Program-made: the position numbers and the translations under genes
Source of the DNA: Isoptericola halotolerans
Lineage (GTDB): Bacteria > Actinomycetota > Actinomycetes > Actinomycetales > Cellulomonadaceae
Length of the DNA: 64,000 nucleotides
Direction: 5' to 3'
Assembly: GCF_013149785.1 (NCBI RefSeq)
Contig: NZ_JABEZU010000001.1
Coordinates: 62,001 to 126,000, forward strand
The notes under the pieces: model-generated
What the model was told of the DNA's origin: nothing
Databases searched by the model: none
The model's input: only the letters and a program-made list of their open reading frames with translations
In this document: positions 47,025 through 57,117 of the stretch, piece by piece
Position numbering within the stretch: position 1 is the stretch's first letter
How the letters are laid out: every line of letters starts with the position of its first letter

Positions 47025-47875
47025 ACCTCCTCGACCTGATCCTCGAACCGTTGTCCTACGACTTCATGGTGCGCGCCTTCGTCACGACGACGATCGCCGC
47101 CGTGGTGGCCGCGCTGCTGTCCTGCTGGCTGGTGCTCATCGGCTGGTCGCTCCTGGGCGACGCCGTCTCGCACGCGGTGCTGCCCGGTGTCGTGCTCGCC
47201 TACGTGGTCGGGGCGCCGTTCGCCCTGGGCGCCCTGGTGTTCGGCGGGCTGGCCGTGGTGCTCATCGGGGCGGTGCGCGAGTCCGGGCGCGTCAAGGAGG
47301 ATGCGGCGATCGGCATCGTCTTCACCACGCTCTTCGCGCTCGGGCTCGTGCTCGTCTCGGTGACCCCGAGCCAGACCGACCTCAGCCACATCATCTTCGG
47401 CAACGTCCTGGGCGTGTCGCGGGCCGAGATGGTGCAGGTGGCCGTGCTCGCCGTCGTCGGCTCCACGGTGCTGCTGGTCAAGCGTCGCGACCTCGTGCTC
47501 TTCGCCTTCGACCCCACCCACGCCCACGCCATCGGGCTGTCGACCCGACGGCTGAGCGCGCTGCTGCTGGGCGTGCTCGCGCTCACCGCTGTGGTGACGT
47601 TGCAGGTCGTCGGGGTGATCCTCGTGGTGGCGATGCTCATCATCCCGGGGGCGACGGCGTCGCTGCTGACCGACCGGTTCGGCAGGATGCTCGTGCTGGC
47701 GCCGGTGATCTCCGCCGTGTGCTCCGTCGTCGGGATCTACCTGTCGTACTGGCTCGACGCCGCGCCGGGCGGGCTGGTCGTGCTGGTGCAGGGCACCGTG
47801 TTCGCCGTCGTGCTGCTGACGAGCCCGCGGTACGGGCCGCTGCGGCGCGTCGTGCGGGCCGGCCGGTATTCCTAG
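47021..47875 (+). CDS. Mn/Fe ABC transporter permease
   Basis: LLGDAVSHAVLPG, KEDAAIGI, IIFGNVLG, FDPTHA. Confidence 0.92.
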   Translation: MNLLDLILEPLSYDFMVRAFVTTTIAAVVAALLSCWLVLIGWSLLGDAVSHAVLPGVVLAYVVGAPFALGALVFGGLAVVLIGAVRESGRVKEDAAIGIVFTTLFALGLVLVSVTPSQTDLSHIIFGNVLGVSRAEMVQVAVLAVVGSTVLLVKRRDLVLFAFDPTHAHAIGLSTRRLSALLLGVLALTAVVTLQVVGVILVVAMLIIPGATASLLTDRFGRMLVLAPVISAVCSVVGIYLSYWLDAAPGGLVVLVQGTVFAVVLLTSPRYGPLRRVVRAGRYS

Positions 47876-48420
47876 TCCAGGCAGGCGCGGACGGCACGCT
47901 CGACGACGGGGCGGACCGGTGCCTCGGGGTCGACGGTGAGACGGTGGAAGACCAGCCCGTTGCCGCAGGCGAGCAGCGTGCGGGCCGCCTCGGCGGGATG
48001 GCGTGCCCCGACCTGTGCGAGGAGCGCCGTCGTCCAGGTGACGAAGGCCGCGCGCTGCTCGTGCAGGGGCGCGAGGAGCTCGTCGTCGTGCGCGGCGTCG
48101 AGGAACAGGGTGAGGCGCACGCGGGTCCGGCGGGCGTGCTCCCCGGTGAGGGCCTCGATCGTGGCGGTGAGGGTGTCGACGAGGGCGTCGGGGCTGGTGA
48201 TCTGCTCGGCGGCCCGGGTCGGGGCGGTGGTGCGCTCGCTCGCGGCGATGTGCTCGACGAGCCCGGCGAGGAGGGCTGAGCGGGTACGGAACCAGTTGGA
48301 CGTCGACCCGGGGGGAAGGCCGGCGCGGCGGTCCACGCGGGTGTGGGTCAGGGCGCGGATGCCGTGGTCGGCGACCTCGTCGACGGCAGCGTGCAGTGCT
48401 CGTTCCCGGGTGCTGGCCAC
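47872..48420 (-). CDS. TetR-family regulator
   Basis: GIRALTHTRVDRRAGLPPGSTSNWFRTR; leaderless GTG after TAGGGT. Confidence 0.88.
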   Translation of the reverse strand: MASTRERALHAAVDEVADHGIRALTHTRVDRRAGLPPGSTSNWFRTRSALLAGLVEHIAASERTTAPTRAAEQITSPDALVDTLTATIEALTGEHARRTRVRLTLFLDAAHDDELLAPLHEQRAAFVTWTTALLAQVGARHPAEAARTLLACGNGLVFHRLTVDPEAPVRPVVERAVRACLD

Positions 48421-48446
48421 GCGCGCACCCTAGCCGGAAACAGTCT

Positions 48447-48482
48447 ACTACGAAAGTAGTGACACGGCACTACGTCAGTAGT
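48447..48482. promoter_or_regulatory. Paired TetR operators ACTAC-N4-GTAGT
   Basis: ACTACGAAAGTAGT and ACTACGTCAGTAGT with a 22-bp period between divergent genes. Confidence 0.75.
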
Positions 48483-48494
48483 ACGGTGGGAGAC

Positions 48495-48902
48495 ATGGCA
48501 TTCGTCGTGCTCGGTGTCTGGCTCGTGCAGACGGCGGCCGGTGCAGCGCTCGTCCTGCGGGCCCGGCGCGCGTCCCCCGGCGCGTCCGCACCGCTCACGC
48601 ACGTCGCGTGCGCCGTCGTCGGCCTCGCGCTCTGGACCGGGTTCCTCGCCACCGGGGCGGTGCTCTGGGCCTGGGCGGCACTGGTGGCTCTGACCGTCGG
48701 GAACGTCCTCGGCGACCGGATGCTGATCCAGCGGCACCGGCGGATGAGCGGCACCGCTGGCCTCTGGCGGGACTACGGCGGTGCGATCGGCGATACCGTG
48801 CACGGCCGGGTGCCTCCGATCGTCGCCTTCCACGCGTGGTTCGCCGGCGTCGTCTACTTCCTGTGCCTCGGTGTCGCGCTCGCCGCGACACTCTCCGGGT
48901 AG
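48495..48902 (+). CDS. Hypothetical membrane protein (TetR target)
   Basis: Four hydrophobic segments with intramembrane His residues; leaderless ATG after TACGGT. Confidence 0.75.
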   Translation: MAFVVLGVWLVQTAAGAALVLRARRASPGASAPLTHVACAVVGLALWTGFLATGAVLWAWAALVALTVGNVLGDRMLIQRHRRMSGTAGLWRDYGGAIGDTVHGRVPPIVAFHAWFAGVVYFLCLGVALAATLSG

Positions 48903-48995
48903 CGGCGCGGTCGTCTCGAAGGTTCCGGGTGCGCCACCCGACGCCTGCTGCAAAGATCGCCGGGACGGCGACATCGGCGCTGGTGGAGGCGCGAC

Positions 48996-50441
48996 ATGGC
49001 GGATCAGGTCGGCTCGACGAGCCCGTCCAGAGCGCCCAAGGTCAACGTCCTGACGTTGACCGCCATGGTGGTCGGCTCGATGGTCGGCGCCGGGGTGTTC
49101 TCGCTCCCTCGGCGCTTCGCGCAAGAGACCGGCGTGGCCGGTGCGCTGGTCGCCTGGCTGATCGCGGGGAGCGGGATGCTCATGCTCGCTCTCGTCTTCC
49201 AGCGGCTGGCGGTCCGCAAGCCCGAGCTCGACGCCGGGGTGTACGCGTACGCCAAGGCCGGGTTCGGCGAGTACACGGGGTTCTTCTCGGCCGCGGGCTA
49301 CTGGGCCAGCGCCTGCGTCGGGAACGTCACCTACTGGGTGCTCATCACGTCGACGCTCGGGGCCTGGGTCCCGGCTCTCGGCGAGGGGGACACGCTCGTC
49401 GCCGTCGTCGTGTCCTCGGTCGGGCTGTGGCTGTTCTTCCTGCTCGTGCGGAGAGGGATCAAGGAGGCGACGGCGATCAACCGGGTCGTCACGATCGCCA
49501 AGCTCATCCCCATCATCGTCTTCGTGCTGCTGGCACTGTTCGCGCTCGATCCCGAGGTCTTCGCCGCCAACTGGGGTGGCGAGAGCTACGGCTCGCTCTT
49601 CGACCAGGTGCGGGCCACCATGCTCATCACCGTCTTCGTGTTCCTCGGCGTCGAGGGTGCCAGCGTGTACTCCCGGCACGCCCGACGGCGGGAGGACGTC
49701 GGGCGGGCGACGGTGCTGGGGTTCCTCAGCGTCCTGGCGGTCTTCGCGTCGGTGACGATCGTGTCGTATGGCATCGTGCCTGCCGAGGACCTGGCGGACC
49801 TCCGCCAGCCGTCCATGGCGGGGGTGCTCGAGGCGGCGGTCGGCACATGGGGCTCGGCGTTCGTCAGCCTCGGGCTGATCGTCTCCGTGCTCGGCGCCTA
49901 CCTCGCCTGGACGCTCATGGCGGCCGAGGTCCTGTTCGTGGCGGCCAAGGACCGGGACCTGCCGCGCTTCCTGGCCAGGTCGACGTCCGACGACGTGCCC
50001 GTGAACGCGCTGCTGCTCACCACGATGCTGTCGCAGGTCGTGCTGGTCGTGACACTGTTCTCGGCCGACGCGTTCGACTTCGCGCTCGACCTCACGGCGG
50101 CGATGTCGGTGATCCCGTTCCTGCTGGCCGCCGCCTACGCCCTCAAGCTCCGGGCGACGGGCGAGACGTACGCCGGGGCGCGGGCCGCCACGCTGCGCGG
50201 CGACCTGGCGATCACGGTCCTGGCGACGATCTACACGCTCTTCCTGGTCTTCGCGGCAGGACTGGAGTTCCTGCTCGTCTCACTCATCTTCTACGCCCCC
50301 GCCACGATCCTGTTCGCCATGACCCGTCGGGAGCAGGGCCGTCGCGTGTTCGATCCCGGCGAGCTCGTGCTGTTCGCCGCGGTCGCCGCCGGTGCGGTGG
50401 TCGGCGTCGTCGGGCTCGCCACCGGTTGGATCACCCTGTGA
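48996..50441 (+). CDS. arcD: Arginine/ornithine antiporter (APC family)
   Basis: [36 protein letters not shown]; adjacent to arcA. Confidence 0.9.
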   Translation: MADQVGSTSPSRAPKVNVLTLTAMVVGSMVGAGVFSLPRRFAQETGVAGALVAWLIAGSGMLMLALVFQRLAVRKPELDAGVYAYAKAGFGEYTGFFSAAGYWASACVGNVTYWVLITSTLGAWVPALGEGDTLVAVVVSSVGLWLFFLLVRRGIKEATAINRVVTIAKLIPIIVFVLLALFALDPEVFAANWGGESYGSLFDQVRATMLITVFVFLGVEGASVYSRHARRREDVGRATVLGFLSVLAVFASVTIVSYGIVPAEDLADLRQPSMAGVLEAAVGTWGSAFVSLGLIVSVLGAYLAWTLMAAEVLFVAAKDRDLPRFLARSTSDDVPVNALLLTTMLSQVVLVVTLFSADAFDFALDLTAAMSVIPFLLAAAYALKLRATGETYAGARAATLRGDLAITVLATIYTLFLVFAAGLEFLLVSLIFYAPATILFAMTRREQGRRVFDPGELVLFAAVAAGAVVGVVGLATGWITL

Positions 50442-50454
50442 GAAGAGGAGAGAC

Positions 50455-51708
50455 ATGGTTGCCGACGTGACAGGGAACCCCCATGGCGTCCACTCGGAGG
50501 TGGGCCGTCTGCGCAAGGTGCTGGTGTGCTCACCCGGTCTGGCGCACGAGCGCCTCACCCCCACCAACTCGGGCGACCTGCTGTTCGACGACGTGATGTG
50601 GGTGGAGGCGGCGCAGCGCGACCATCTCGACTTCGTCAACAAGCTCGTGAACCGTGGGGTGGAGGTCGTCGAGCTGCACGACCTCCTGGCGGAGACGTTG
50701 GCGATCCCCGAGGCTCGGGACTGGCTGCTGGACCGCAAGCTCGTGCCGAACCGGGTGGGGCTGGGCCTGGTCGACGGGACACGGGCCTACCTGGACACCC
50801 TGACGCCGCGCGAGCTGGCCCGTTTCCTCGTCGGGGGACTGTCCACCGTGGACCTGCCGGGCGAGTACCGCACGGGATACCTCGCCCTGGCGCGCGAGGC
50901 GAGGGGGCAGGTCGAGTACCTGCTGCCGCCGCTGCCCAACACCCTGTACACGCGCGACACCACGTGCTGGGTCTACGGAGGGCTCACGCTCAACCCGCTG
51001 TACTGGCCGGCACGCAAGGACGAGACCCTGCTGATGAAGGCGATCTACGGGCACCACCCGGACTACGCAGGATCGACGGTGTGGTGGGGCGATCCCGAGC
51101 AGGAGTGGGGTCAGGCCAGCATCGAGGGCGGTGACGTCATGCCCGTGGGGCGCGGCGTCGTCCTGATCGGGATGAGCGAGCGCACCTCACGGCAGGGCAT
51201 CACCCAGCTCGCCCGGGCCTTGTTCGACGCCGGAGCGGCTGAGCACGTCGTCGTCGGCGTGATGCCGCGCCTGCGGGCGGCGATGCACCTCGACACGGTG
51301 TTCACCTTCGCGGACCGGGACCTCGTCACCGTGCACCCGGGGATCGTGGACGGCATGCGTGCGGTGTCGCTGCGGCCGTCGGACAAGGCGCCCGGCATCG
51401 AGGTCACGGACGAGGGAGATACCCCCTTCGTGGACGTGGTCGCGCGCGCGATGGGGCTGGACCGGCTGCGCGTGGTGGAGACCGCTGGCGACGTCTACGC
51501 CTCGGAACGTCAGCAGTGGGACTCGGGCAACAACGCCGTCGCGCTGGAGCCGGGCGTCGTGTTCACCTACGACCGGAACACCCAGACGAACGCCGCGCTG
51601 CGCCGCGAGGGCGTGGAGGTCATCACCATCGTCGGCGCCGAGCTCGGCCGCGGGCGCGGGGGAGGGCACTGCATGACGTGCCCGATCGCCCGGGACCCGC
51701 TCGACTGA
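50455..51708 (+). CDS. arcA: Arginine deiminase
   Basis: [48 protein letters not shown]. Confidence 0.96.
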   Translation: MVADVTGNPHGVHSEVGRLRKVLVCSPGLAHERLTPTNSGDLLFDDVMWVEAAQRDHLDFVNKLVNRGVEVVELHDLLAETLAIPEARDWLLDRKLVPNRVGLGLVDGTRAYLDTLTPRELARFLVGGLSTVDLPGEYRTGYLALAREARGQVEYLLPPLPNTLYTRDTTCWVYGGLTLNPLYWPARKDETLLMKAIYGHHPDYAGSTVWWGDPEQEWGQASIEGGDVMPVGRGVVLIGMSERTSRQGITQLARALFDAGAAEHVVVGVMPRLRAAMHLDTVFTFADRDLVTVHPGIVDGMRAVSLRPSDKAPGIEVTDEGDTPFVDVVARAMGLDRLRVVETAGDVYASERQQWDSGNNAVALEPGVVFTYDRNTQTNAALRREGVEVITIVGAELGRGRGGGHCMTCPIARDPLD

Positions 51709-51724
51709 TCGGTCCGGGCGCGCC

Positions 51725-52129
51725 TCACTGCTGGAAGGCCGCCGCGAACTCCGCCGAGGGCTCGATCGGCTGGATGACGTCGACGAGGACGCCGTCGGGG
51801 GCCTCGACGATGAAGTGCCGCTGCCCGAAGTCCTCGTCGCGCAGCGACAGCACGGGCTCCAGCCCGTGCTCCTCGACGAGTCGTCGGTGCTCGGCGTCGG
51901 CGTCGTCGACCTCGAGGTTGAGCAGCAGGCCCTGGACCGGTCGGCCGAACCCGGCCGGGACCGTCGGGTGCGAGGGGTCGAGCAGGGCGAGCTCGAAGGT
52001 GCCTCGGCGCAGGCTCACGTACCAGTCCGCCTCGAACGTGGTCTCGAAGCCGAGAGCCCGGCGGTAGAAGTCGGCGGCAACGCCGACGTCGGTGGACATC
52101 AGGACGGGGTAGAAGCTGGTGGCGGTCAT
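51725..52129 (-). CDS. VOC/glyoxalase-family protein
   Basis: [34 protein letters not shown]. Confidence 0.9.
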   Translation of the reverse strand: MTATSFYPVLMSTDVGVAADFYRRALGFETTFEADWYVSLRRGTFELALLDPSHPTVPAGFGRPVQGLLLNLEVDDADAEHRRLVEEHGLEPVLSLRDEDFGQRHFIVEAPDGVLVDVIQPIEPSAEFAAAFQQ

Positions 52130-52165
52130 GGTTCCTCCGTGGGCTGGTTGGCCGGCTGGGCGATA

Positions 52166-52207
52166 CATACACTGCGTATGCCAACCACTATACATACGCT
52201 GTGTATG
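52166..52207. promoter_or_regulatory. Paired TetR operators CATAC-N5-GTATG
   Basis: CATACACTGCGTATG and CATACGCTGTGTATG between the divergent VOC and tetR genes. Confidence 0.78.
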
Positions 52208-52219
52208 TCAGGAGGAGCC

Positions 52220-52795
52220 ATGCCCCGCGCCACCGCCGAGGCCGCCGCCGAGACCGCCCGCCGCCTCGTGGAGATCGCCGCCGACCTCTTCGCCGAGCGG
52301 GGGTACGCCGCCGTCGCGCTCGACGACGTCGCCACCGCGGGCGGGGTCACCCGCGGCGCCGTCTACCACCACTACGGCAGCAAGAAGGGGCTGTTCCGGG
52401 CCGTGACCGCGCACCTGCAGCAGCAGGTCGCAGCCACCCTCGTCGCGGCCGCGGGGGCCGCAGACGGGCCGCACGACAGGCTGCGTGCCGGGAGCCATGC
52501 GTTCCTCGACGCCGTCACCTCGCCACGCACCGTGCGCATCCTGCTCGTCGACGCCCCCGCCGTCATCGGCTGGCAGGAGTGGCGTGCCCTGGACGCCGAC
52601 TCCTCGGCGGTGCACCTGCGCGAGGCGCTCGCCGAGGCCGGCGTCGCCCCGGAGCTGCTCGACGCGCTGACCGCCCAGCTCTCCGGAGCCATGAACGAGG
52701 CAGCCCTGTGGATCGTCGACCGTGACGGCGAGCCCGGCGCGCGCGAGGCTGCGCACCGGGCGCTGGACGTGCTGCTGGAGGCGGTGACGGGCTAG
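52220..52795 (+). CDS. TetR-family regulator
   Basis: LFAERGYAAV..GVTRGAVYHHYGSKKGLF; AGGAGG RBS. Confidence 0.92.
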   Translation: MPRATAEAAAETARRLVEIAADLFAERGYAAVALDDVATAGGVTRGAVYHHYGSKKGLFRAVTAHLQQQVAATLVAAAGAADGPHDRLRAGSHAFLDAVTSPRTVRILLVDAPAVIGWQEWRALDADSSAVHLREALAEAGVAPELLDALTAQLSGAMNEAALWIVDRDGEPGAREAAHRALDVLLEAVTG

Positions 52796-53008
52796 ACGTC
52801 GGTAGGCATGCTAGCGCTCAGCATCTTCGCGTGGCTCGAGATCAACGTTGCGGCGGAGACGACGAGCGTGAATGTTGCGCAGCCCAGTTCGCACTGTTGC
52901 ATTGACGGTGGGCTCCACTTTCGCCCCCCAGGGTTCTTGGAGCCTCGTGCCTGCTGTGGGAGATTGGGATCAGCAAACAGCCGCGACTTCGAAGGTGTGT
53001 CGGCGCAG

Positions 53009-54298
53009 ATGAACCTTGCAGCGAACGAAGCGGGTCTAGCCGGACTCCGCCTTCTCCTCGACTCCCAGACTTGGCGGCTGCGCAGAGTGGACAGCGTCCG
53101 GCTTGATACCGGCAACCTGGCGCGCTGGAAGGCATCGATCGACTGCCGACCGCCGTCCGATTCGGTCATCTCGTATGGCCGCGACCAAGTCGTGCTGCCG
53201 CTGACGACGATCGCCAAACAACCGATGCGCGACCTTGACGTTACGAATGCAGCCGGTGAATCGCTGGTGATCTTGACCGCGCGCGAGGACTCCGAACTTG
53301 CGACTGCGATCCTGCGTCAGGTGTTCCGCATCGAGAACGTTCCGGACGACACCGTTGGATCCCTCCGCGAGACGCTTGAGTACCTCGTGAGCGGACCTAC
53401 AAAGGCGAGTGACGTCAAGCTGGGGAAGGGCGCTGCTGTGGTTGCAGAAGAGTTGCTACGCCGCCCGACGGGCCCACTTGCGGGCCTGAGCGACGCCGCG
53501 GCCGCCGTCGTCAACTTGTTTGCTCAGAATTTCATATTGGGCGTTGTAGTGCCGCGGGCGCAACTTGGGACCCGTCAGATTTTCAAACTCGGTTGGTACA
53601 GTGAGTCCTTGGTTCCGCACAACAATGTGCGCCGCGGGTGGCGCGCGGCGATTCGCGCGACTTGGCGGGGAGTGGTCTTCGAGCTTCCAGTTCCACAGGT
53701 TGGCGATGCAGGATCGTTCCACCTCGAAGCTCACCCGCCCGCGGGAATCGTCAGCAAGGGCCTGGCACTCCCGCTCGATCCGAACGATCCGAACGACAAC
53801 GTTTCCCGGGTCGACCTCACGACGACGCACGTGGCCCATGCGCATGGGCGCTACCCACTGCTACCGGAAGGTAACGACGCACTGCCAGTTGCACGCCTTC
53901 GTCTTCTGCTCCCTTGGGGGCTTCAACACACGATCACGCTGATGCTCAGCGTGTACACCCTTGCGTTCCTCTCCCTCGGACTGGTCCTGCCAGGGGCCAT
54001 GGGCGTGCTGCGTGGCAGCGGTGATGACGGGCCTGACCCAAGCACGCTGTTGCTCACTCTTCCCGGTGTAGTGATCGGGTTCTTGATCACCGCTCAGGAG
54101 CATGCCCTCGTCGCGAGACTCTTGTTGCCGGTGCGGTACGCGGCGGGAGCGTGTGGGGCCATGCTCCTAATTACGGCCGCCTCCCTAGCGTTCGAACTGC
54201 ACACGATCCCGTTGATGGTCCTATGGGTGAGTTCCCTGGCCATCTCTCTGTTTGTAGCTGCCGCGCTGCTCATCGGCAGGCTCGTCAGGCCCGTCTAG
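53009..54298 (+). CDS. Uncharacterised protein, soluble N-domain plus four C-terminal TM helices, atypical codon usage
   Basis: Long open frame with many A/T-ending codons unlike its neighbours; start uncertain (GTG 52997 or ATG 53009; frame open from 52808). Confidence 0.8.
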   Translation: MNLAANEAGLAGLRLLLDSQTWRLRRVDSVRLDTGNLARWKASIDCRPPSDSVISYGRDQVVLPLTTIAKQPMRDLDVTNAAGESLVILTAREDSELATAILRQVFRIENVPDDTVGSLRETLEYLVSGPTKASDVKLGKGAAVVAEELLRRPTGPLAGLSDAAAAVVNLFAQNFILGVVVPRAQLGTRQIFKLGWYSESLVPHNNVRRGWRAAIRATWRGVVFELPVPQVGDAGSFHLEAHPPAGIVSKGLALPLDPNDPNDNVSRVDLTTTHVAHAHGRYPLLPEGNDALPVARLRLLLPWGLQHTITLMLSVYTLAFLSLGLVLPGAMGVLRGSGDDGPDPSTLLLTLPGVVIGFLITAQEHALVARLLLPVRYAAGACGAMLLITAASLAFELHTIPLMVLWVSSLAISLFVAAALLIGRLVRPV

Positions 54299-54342
54299 TA
54301 GGAAGAGGGCTATCGTGGAGTCAACGCGCAAGGAGGGACGAC

Positions 54343-54528
54343 ATGACCACGGACAAGCGCTTGGTGCGCCTCCTCGAGCTTCCCGCCTACAGGCGCACCA
54401 CCACGTTGCAGGGGCCCCGCCCGACCATCGTGCATCGCGAGGCGTTCGCCAAGAGCCTTGAGGCGCTGCGCGAGGGCGCGCGCAAGGCGTCCACGCCTGA
54501 GCCGCCTCCAGCACGCGCGAAGCGCTGA
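54343..54528 (+). CDS. 61-aa basic hypothetical protein
   Basis: TATCGT -10 at 54311-54316, AAGGAGGG RBS, MTTDKRLVRLLELPAYRR...; weak hairpin at the stop. Confidence 0.65.
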   Translation: MTTDKRLVRLLELPAYRRTTTLQGPRPTIVHREAFAKSLEALREGARKASTPEPPPARAKR

Positions 54529-55002
54529 CCAGCCCGCCAGCGGTCAAGGCGCCACGCGCCCACCAGTCTCGGCGGGACCGCACCTAACGGCCATCTCCGT
54601 GCTCGCGCGCCAGTTTGCGGGCGTGGCGGCGGGCTTTCGCGCCGCTGCCGGTGTCGTCGCGGCGGGTGTCGCGCCACCGTGTGGCTCTGATGATGAGGCA
54701 GGGAGCGCGTTGGCCTCGGCGCCGTTCCTCGAGCGTGTTTCCCGATGACTTGGTGCCGCTGCCCTCACCGAGTCCAGGTGCCACATGAGCGCGGCGACCG
54801 TGGGCGGCACGAACCGGAACGTGCCCGTGTAGGGCGTCGAGCCTCTACTGACAGCGACTTCGCGCAGGGCGGCGAACAGCCCGGGGGCCGAGAGGGTTGT
54901 GGTCAGCGTCAGCAGCACCTGTAGGGCTGGCCGTCAAGGGCAGCGCAGCGCGCCGAGCACGCCGCCCCGTCGTCTCCCCGATAGAGCAGAAGGTCCCCAA
55001 CA

Positions 55003-55035
55003 TTTGCTTGACAGCAAACAAAAGTCGCGTAGTGT
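55003..55035 (+). promoter_or_regulatory. ebo-operon promoter with putative ROK operator
   Basis: TTGACA-16-TAGTGT then ATG 7 nt later; operator-like TTTGCTTGACAGCAAACAAAAGT. Confidence 0.75.
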
Positions 55036-55042
55036 GCGCGAT

Positions 55043-56233
55043 ATGGTCAATGATGACACTGCCCGTGGACCACGGCGTACCGGCATCTGGTTCATCGGCG
55101 CCCGGGGCTCGGTCGCCACCACCGCCACGATCGGCGCGCTCGCCCTGGCACGGGGCGCCGCACCCGTGACCGGTCTGGTCACCGAGCTCGACGAGATCGC
55201 CCAGGCGGACCTGCCGCCGATCGACGGCTTCGTCATCGGCGGGCACGACCTCGCCGGGAGCATGGTCGAGCGGGCCCAGGAGCTCGCGGGCTCCGGGGTG
55301 GTCCCCGCCGCGACCGTCGCCGCCGTGCTCGACGACCTCGCCGTGGTCGACTCCCGGGTCCGCCCTGGCGCCGACACCACCGACGGTCTCGCCGACCGCT
55401 CCACCACGGACCGTCTGGAGCGGGACCTGCGCGCCTTCCGCGTGGAGAACGATCTCGACCGCGTCGTCGTCGTCGACGTCTCCAGCACCGAGCCGCCGTC
55501 CCCCGAGGCCGCGCGCCTCGGCACCCTCGACGAGCTCGACCGCGCGCTCGACGCCGGGACCGCGCCGCTCCCGCCGTCGTCCCTCTACGCCTACGCCGCG
55601 TTCCGCGCGGAGTGCCCGTTCGTCGAGTTCACCCCGTCGACCGGGCCCGTCGTCCCCGCGCTGGAGGAGCTCGCCAAGTCGCAGCACCTGCCGTGGGCCG
55701 GGCGCGACGGCAAGACCGGCGAGACCCTGCTGAAGACGGCCCTCGCCCCGATGTTCGCCACGCGGGCGCTCGCGGTCCGCTCCTGGTCGGCGTTCAACAT
55801 CCTCGGCGGCGGCGACGGGCGCACCCTGGCGGACCCGGCGGCAGCCGCCAGCAAGACGGCCACCAAGGCGATGGCGCTCGAGGCGATCCTCGGCTACCCG
55901 GTCGAGGGTCCGGTGCGCATCGATCACGTCGCCGACATGGGCGACTGGAAGACCGCCTGGGACCACGTGTCCTTCGAGGGGTTCCTCGGCACCCGCATGC
56001 GCATGCAGGTCACCTGGGAGGGCTGCGACTCGGCGCTCGCCGCGCCGCTGGTCCTCGACCTCGCCCGGCTCGTCGCCCGGGCGCACGAGGTCGGCCACAG
56101 CGGCCCCGTCGCTGAGCTCGGGTTCTTCTTCAAGGAGCCCCTCGGCGGCACCACCCACGCGCTGGGTGACCAGTGGCAGGCGCTGGTGCGCTGGTGCGCG
56201 ACGCTGGGCGAGACCCCCGGCAGCGCCGCATGA
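55043..56233 (+). CDS. myo-inositol-1-phosphate synthase-family protein (ebo-associated)
   Basis: GARGSVATT, GRDGKTGETLLK, NILGGGDG, DWKTAWD, GCDSALAAPLVLDL, FFKEP. Confidence 0.92.
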   Translation: MVNDDTARGPRRTGIWFIGARGSVATTATIGALALARGAAPVTGLVTELDEIAQADLPPIDGFVIGGHDLAGSMVERAQELAGSGVVPAATVAAVLDDLAVVDSRVRPGADTTDGLADRSTTDRLERDLRAFRVENDLDRVVVVDVSSTEPPSPEAARLGTLDELDRALDAGTAPLPPSSLYAYAAFRAECPFVEFTPSTGPVVPALEELAKSQHLPWAGRDGKTGETLLKTALAPMFATRALAVRSWSAFNILGGGDGRTLADPAAAASKTATKAMALEAILGYPVEGPVRIDHVADMGDWKTAWDHVSFEGFLGTRMRMQVTWEGCDSALAAPLVLDLARLVARAHEVGHSGPVAELGFFFKEPLGGTTHALGDQWQALVRWCATLGETPGSAA

Positions 56234-57117
56234 GATGGCGTGACCTCGCCGAGCTCGTCCGGCTCCCGGCCGCCCTCACCGTGCCCGGGGACACGCTGGT
56301 CGGGGCGGCCGCCGCCGGGTGGCCGAGCGGTCGGCGCACCGCCGCGCTGCCGTTCGCCTCGGCGGCCCTGTACTGGGCGGGCATGGCCCTCAACGACTGG
56401 TCCGACCGAGAGCTGGACGCCGTGGAACGCCCGGAGCGACCCATCCCGTCGGGCCGCGTGCAGCCCGACGAGGCGCTGGCCGTCGCCGCGGGCCTCACCG
56501 GTGCCGGCCTCGCCTGCGCCGCCGTCGCCGGGCGCCGACCGCTCGCCGTCGCCACCGCGCTGGCGGCTGCCGTGTGGACGTACGACGTCGTGGCCAAGTC
56601 GACGCCGGCCGGGCCGGTCGTCATGGCCTCGACCCGGTTCCTCGACGTCATGATGGGCGCGGGCGGACGGCGTGAGGCCCTCGGACCGGCCGCGGCCCTC
56701 GGCGCTCACACCCTCGCGGTCACCGCCGTCTCCCGTGGCGAGGTGAACGGCTCGACCACCGGAACGGCCCGGGCCGCCGCAGCCACCACCGGCGCCGTCA
56801 CGCTCGCCGTCGCGGCCGACGCTCTCCTGGGGGCACCGCGCCGTGCGGCACCCACCGGAGCCTGCGCCTGGCCGCAGCAGGTCGCCGGCCCGGTGCTCGC
56901 GGCGTCGTACGCGGCGGCGGTGCTGCCCGCCCAGCTCGACGTCGTCCGTGAGCCCGACGCCGGCAACGCCCGCCGTGCGACCGGCGTCGGCATCCGGGGG
57001 ATGGTCCCGCTGCAGGCTGCGCTGCTCGCCGGGCGGGGCGCCGTCGTCGGCGCGCTCGGGGTGCTGGCGATCGGCCCGCTCGCCAAGCTCGGCGCCCGGG
57101 TGGTGAGCCCCACGTGA
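56230..57117 (+). CDS. eboC: UbiA-family prenyltransferase (EboC/SCO3242-like)
   Basis: ELVRLPAALTVPGD, GMALNDWSDRELDAVERPERPIPSGRV, YDVVAK, SRGEV. Confidence 0.88.
   Translation: MRWRDLAELVRLPAALTVPGDTLVGAAAAGWPSGRRTAALPFASAALYWAGMALNDWSDRELDAVERPERPIPSGRVQPDEALAVAAGLTGAGLACAAVAGRRPLAVATALAAAVWTYDVVAKSTPAGPVVMASTRFLDVMMGAGGRREALGPAAALGAHTLAVTAVSRGEVNGSTTGTARAAAATTGAVTLAVAADALLGAPRRAAPTGACAWPQQVAGPVLAASYAAAVLPAQLDVVREPDAGNARRATGVGIRGMVPLQAALLAGRGAVVGALGVLAIGPLAKLGARVVSPT

Noticed and set aside
52808..52996. Extended N-terminus of the lower-GC ORF, or antisense ORF 52792-53217
   Set aside because: No RBS or promoter room after the tetR stop and the middle reads as non-protein-like; treated as debris or promoter region, so the start remains uncertain
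54825..54856. PafBC/RecA-NDp DNA-damage promoter (minus-strand TGTCAGTAG)
   Set aside because: The required TANNNT at the correct spacing is missing
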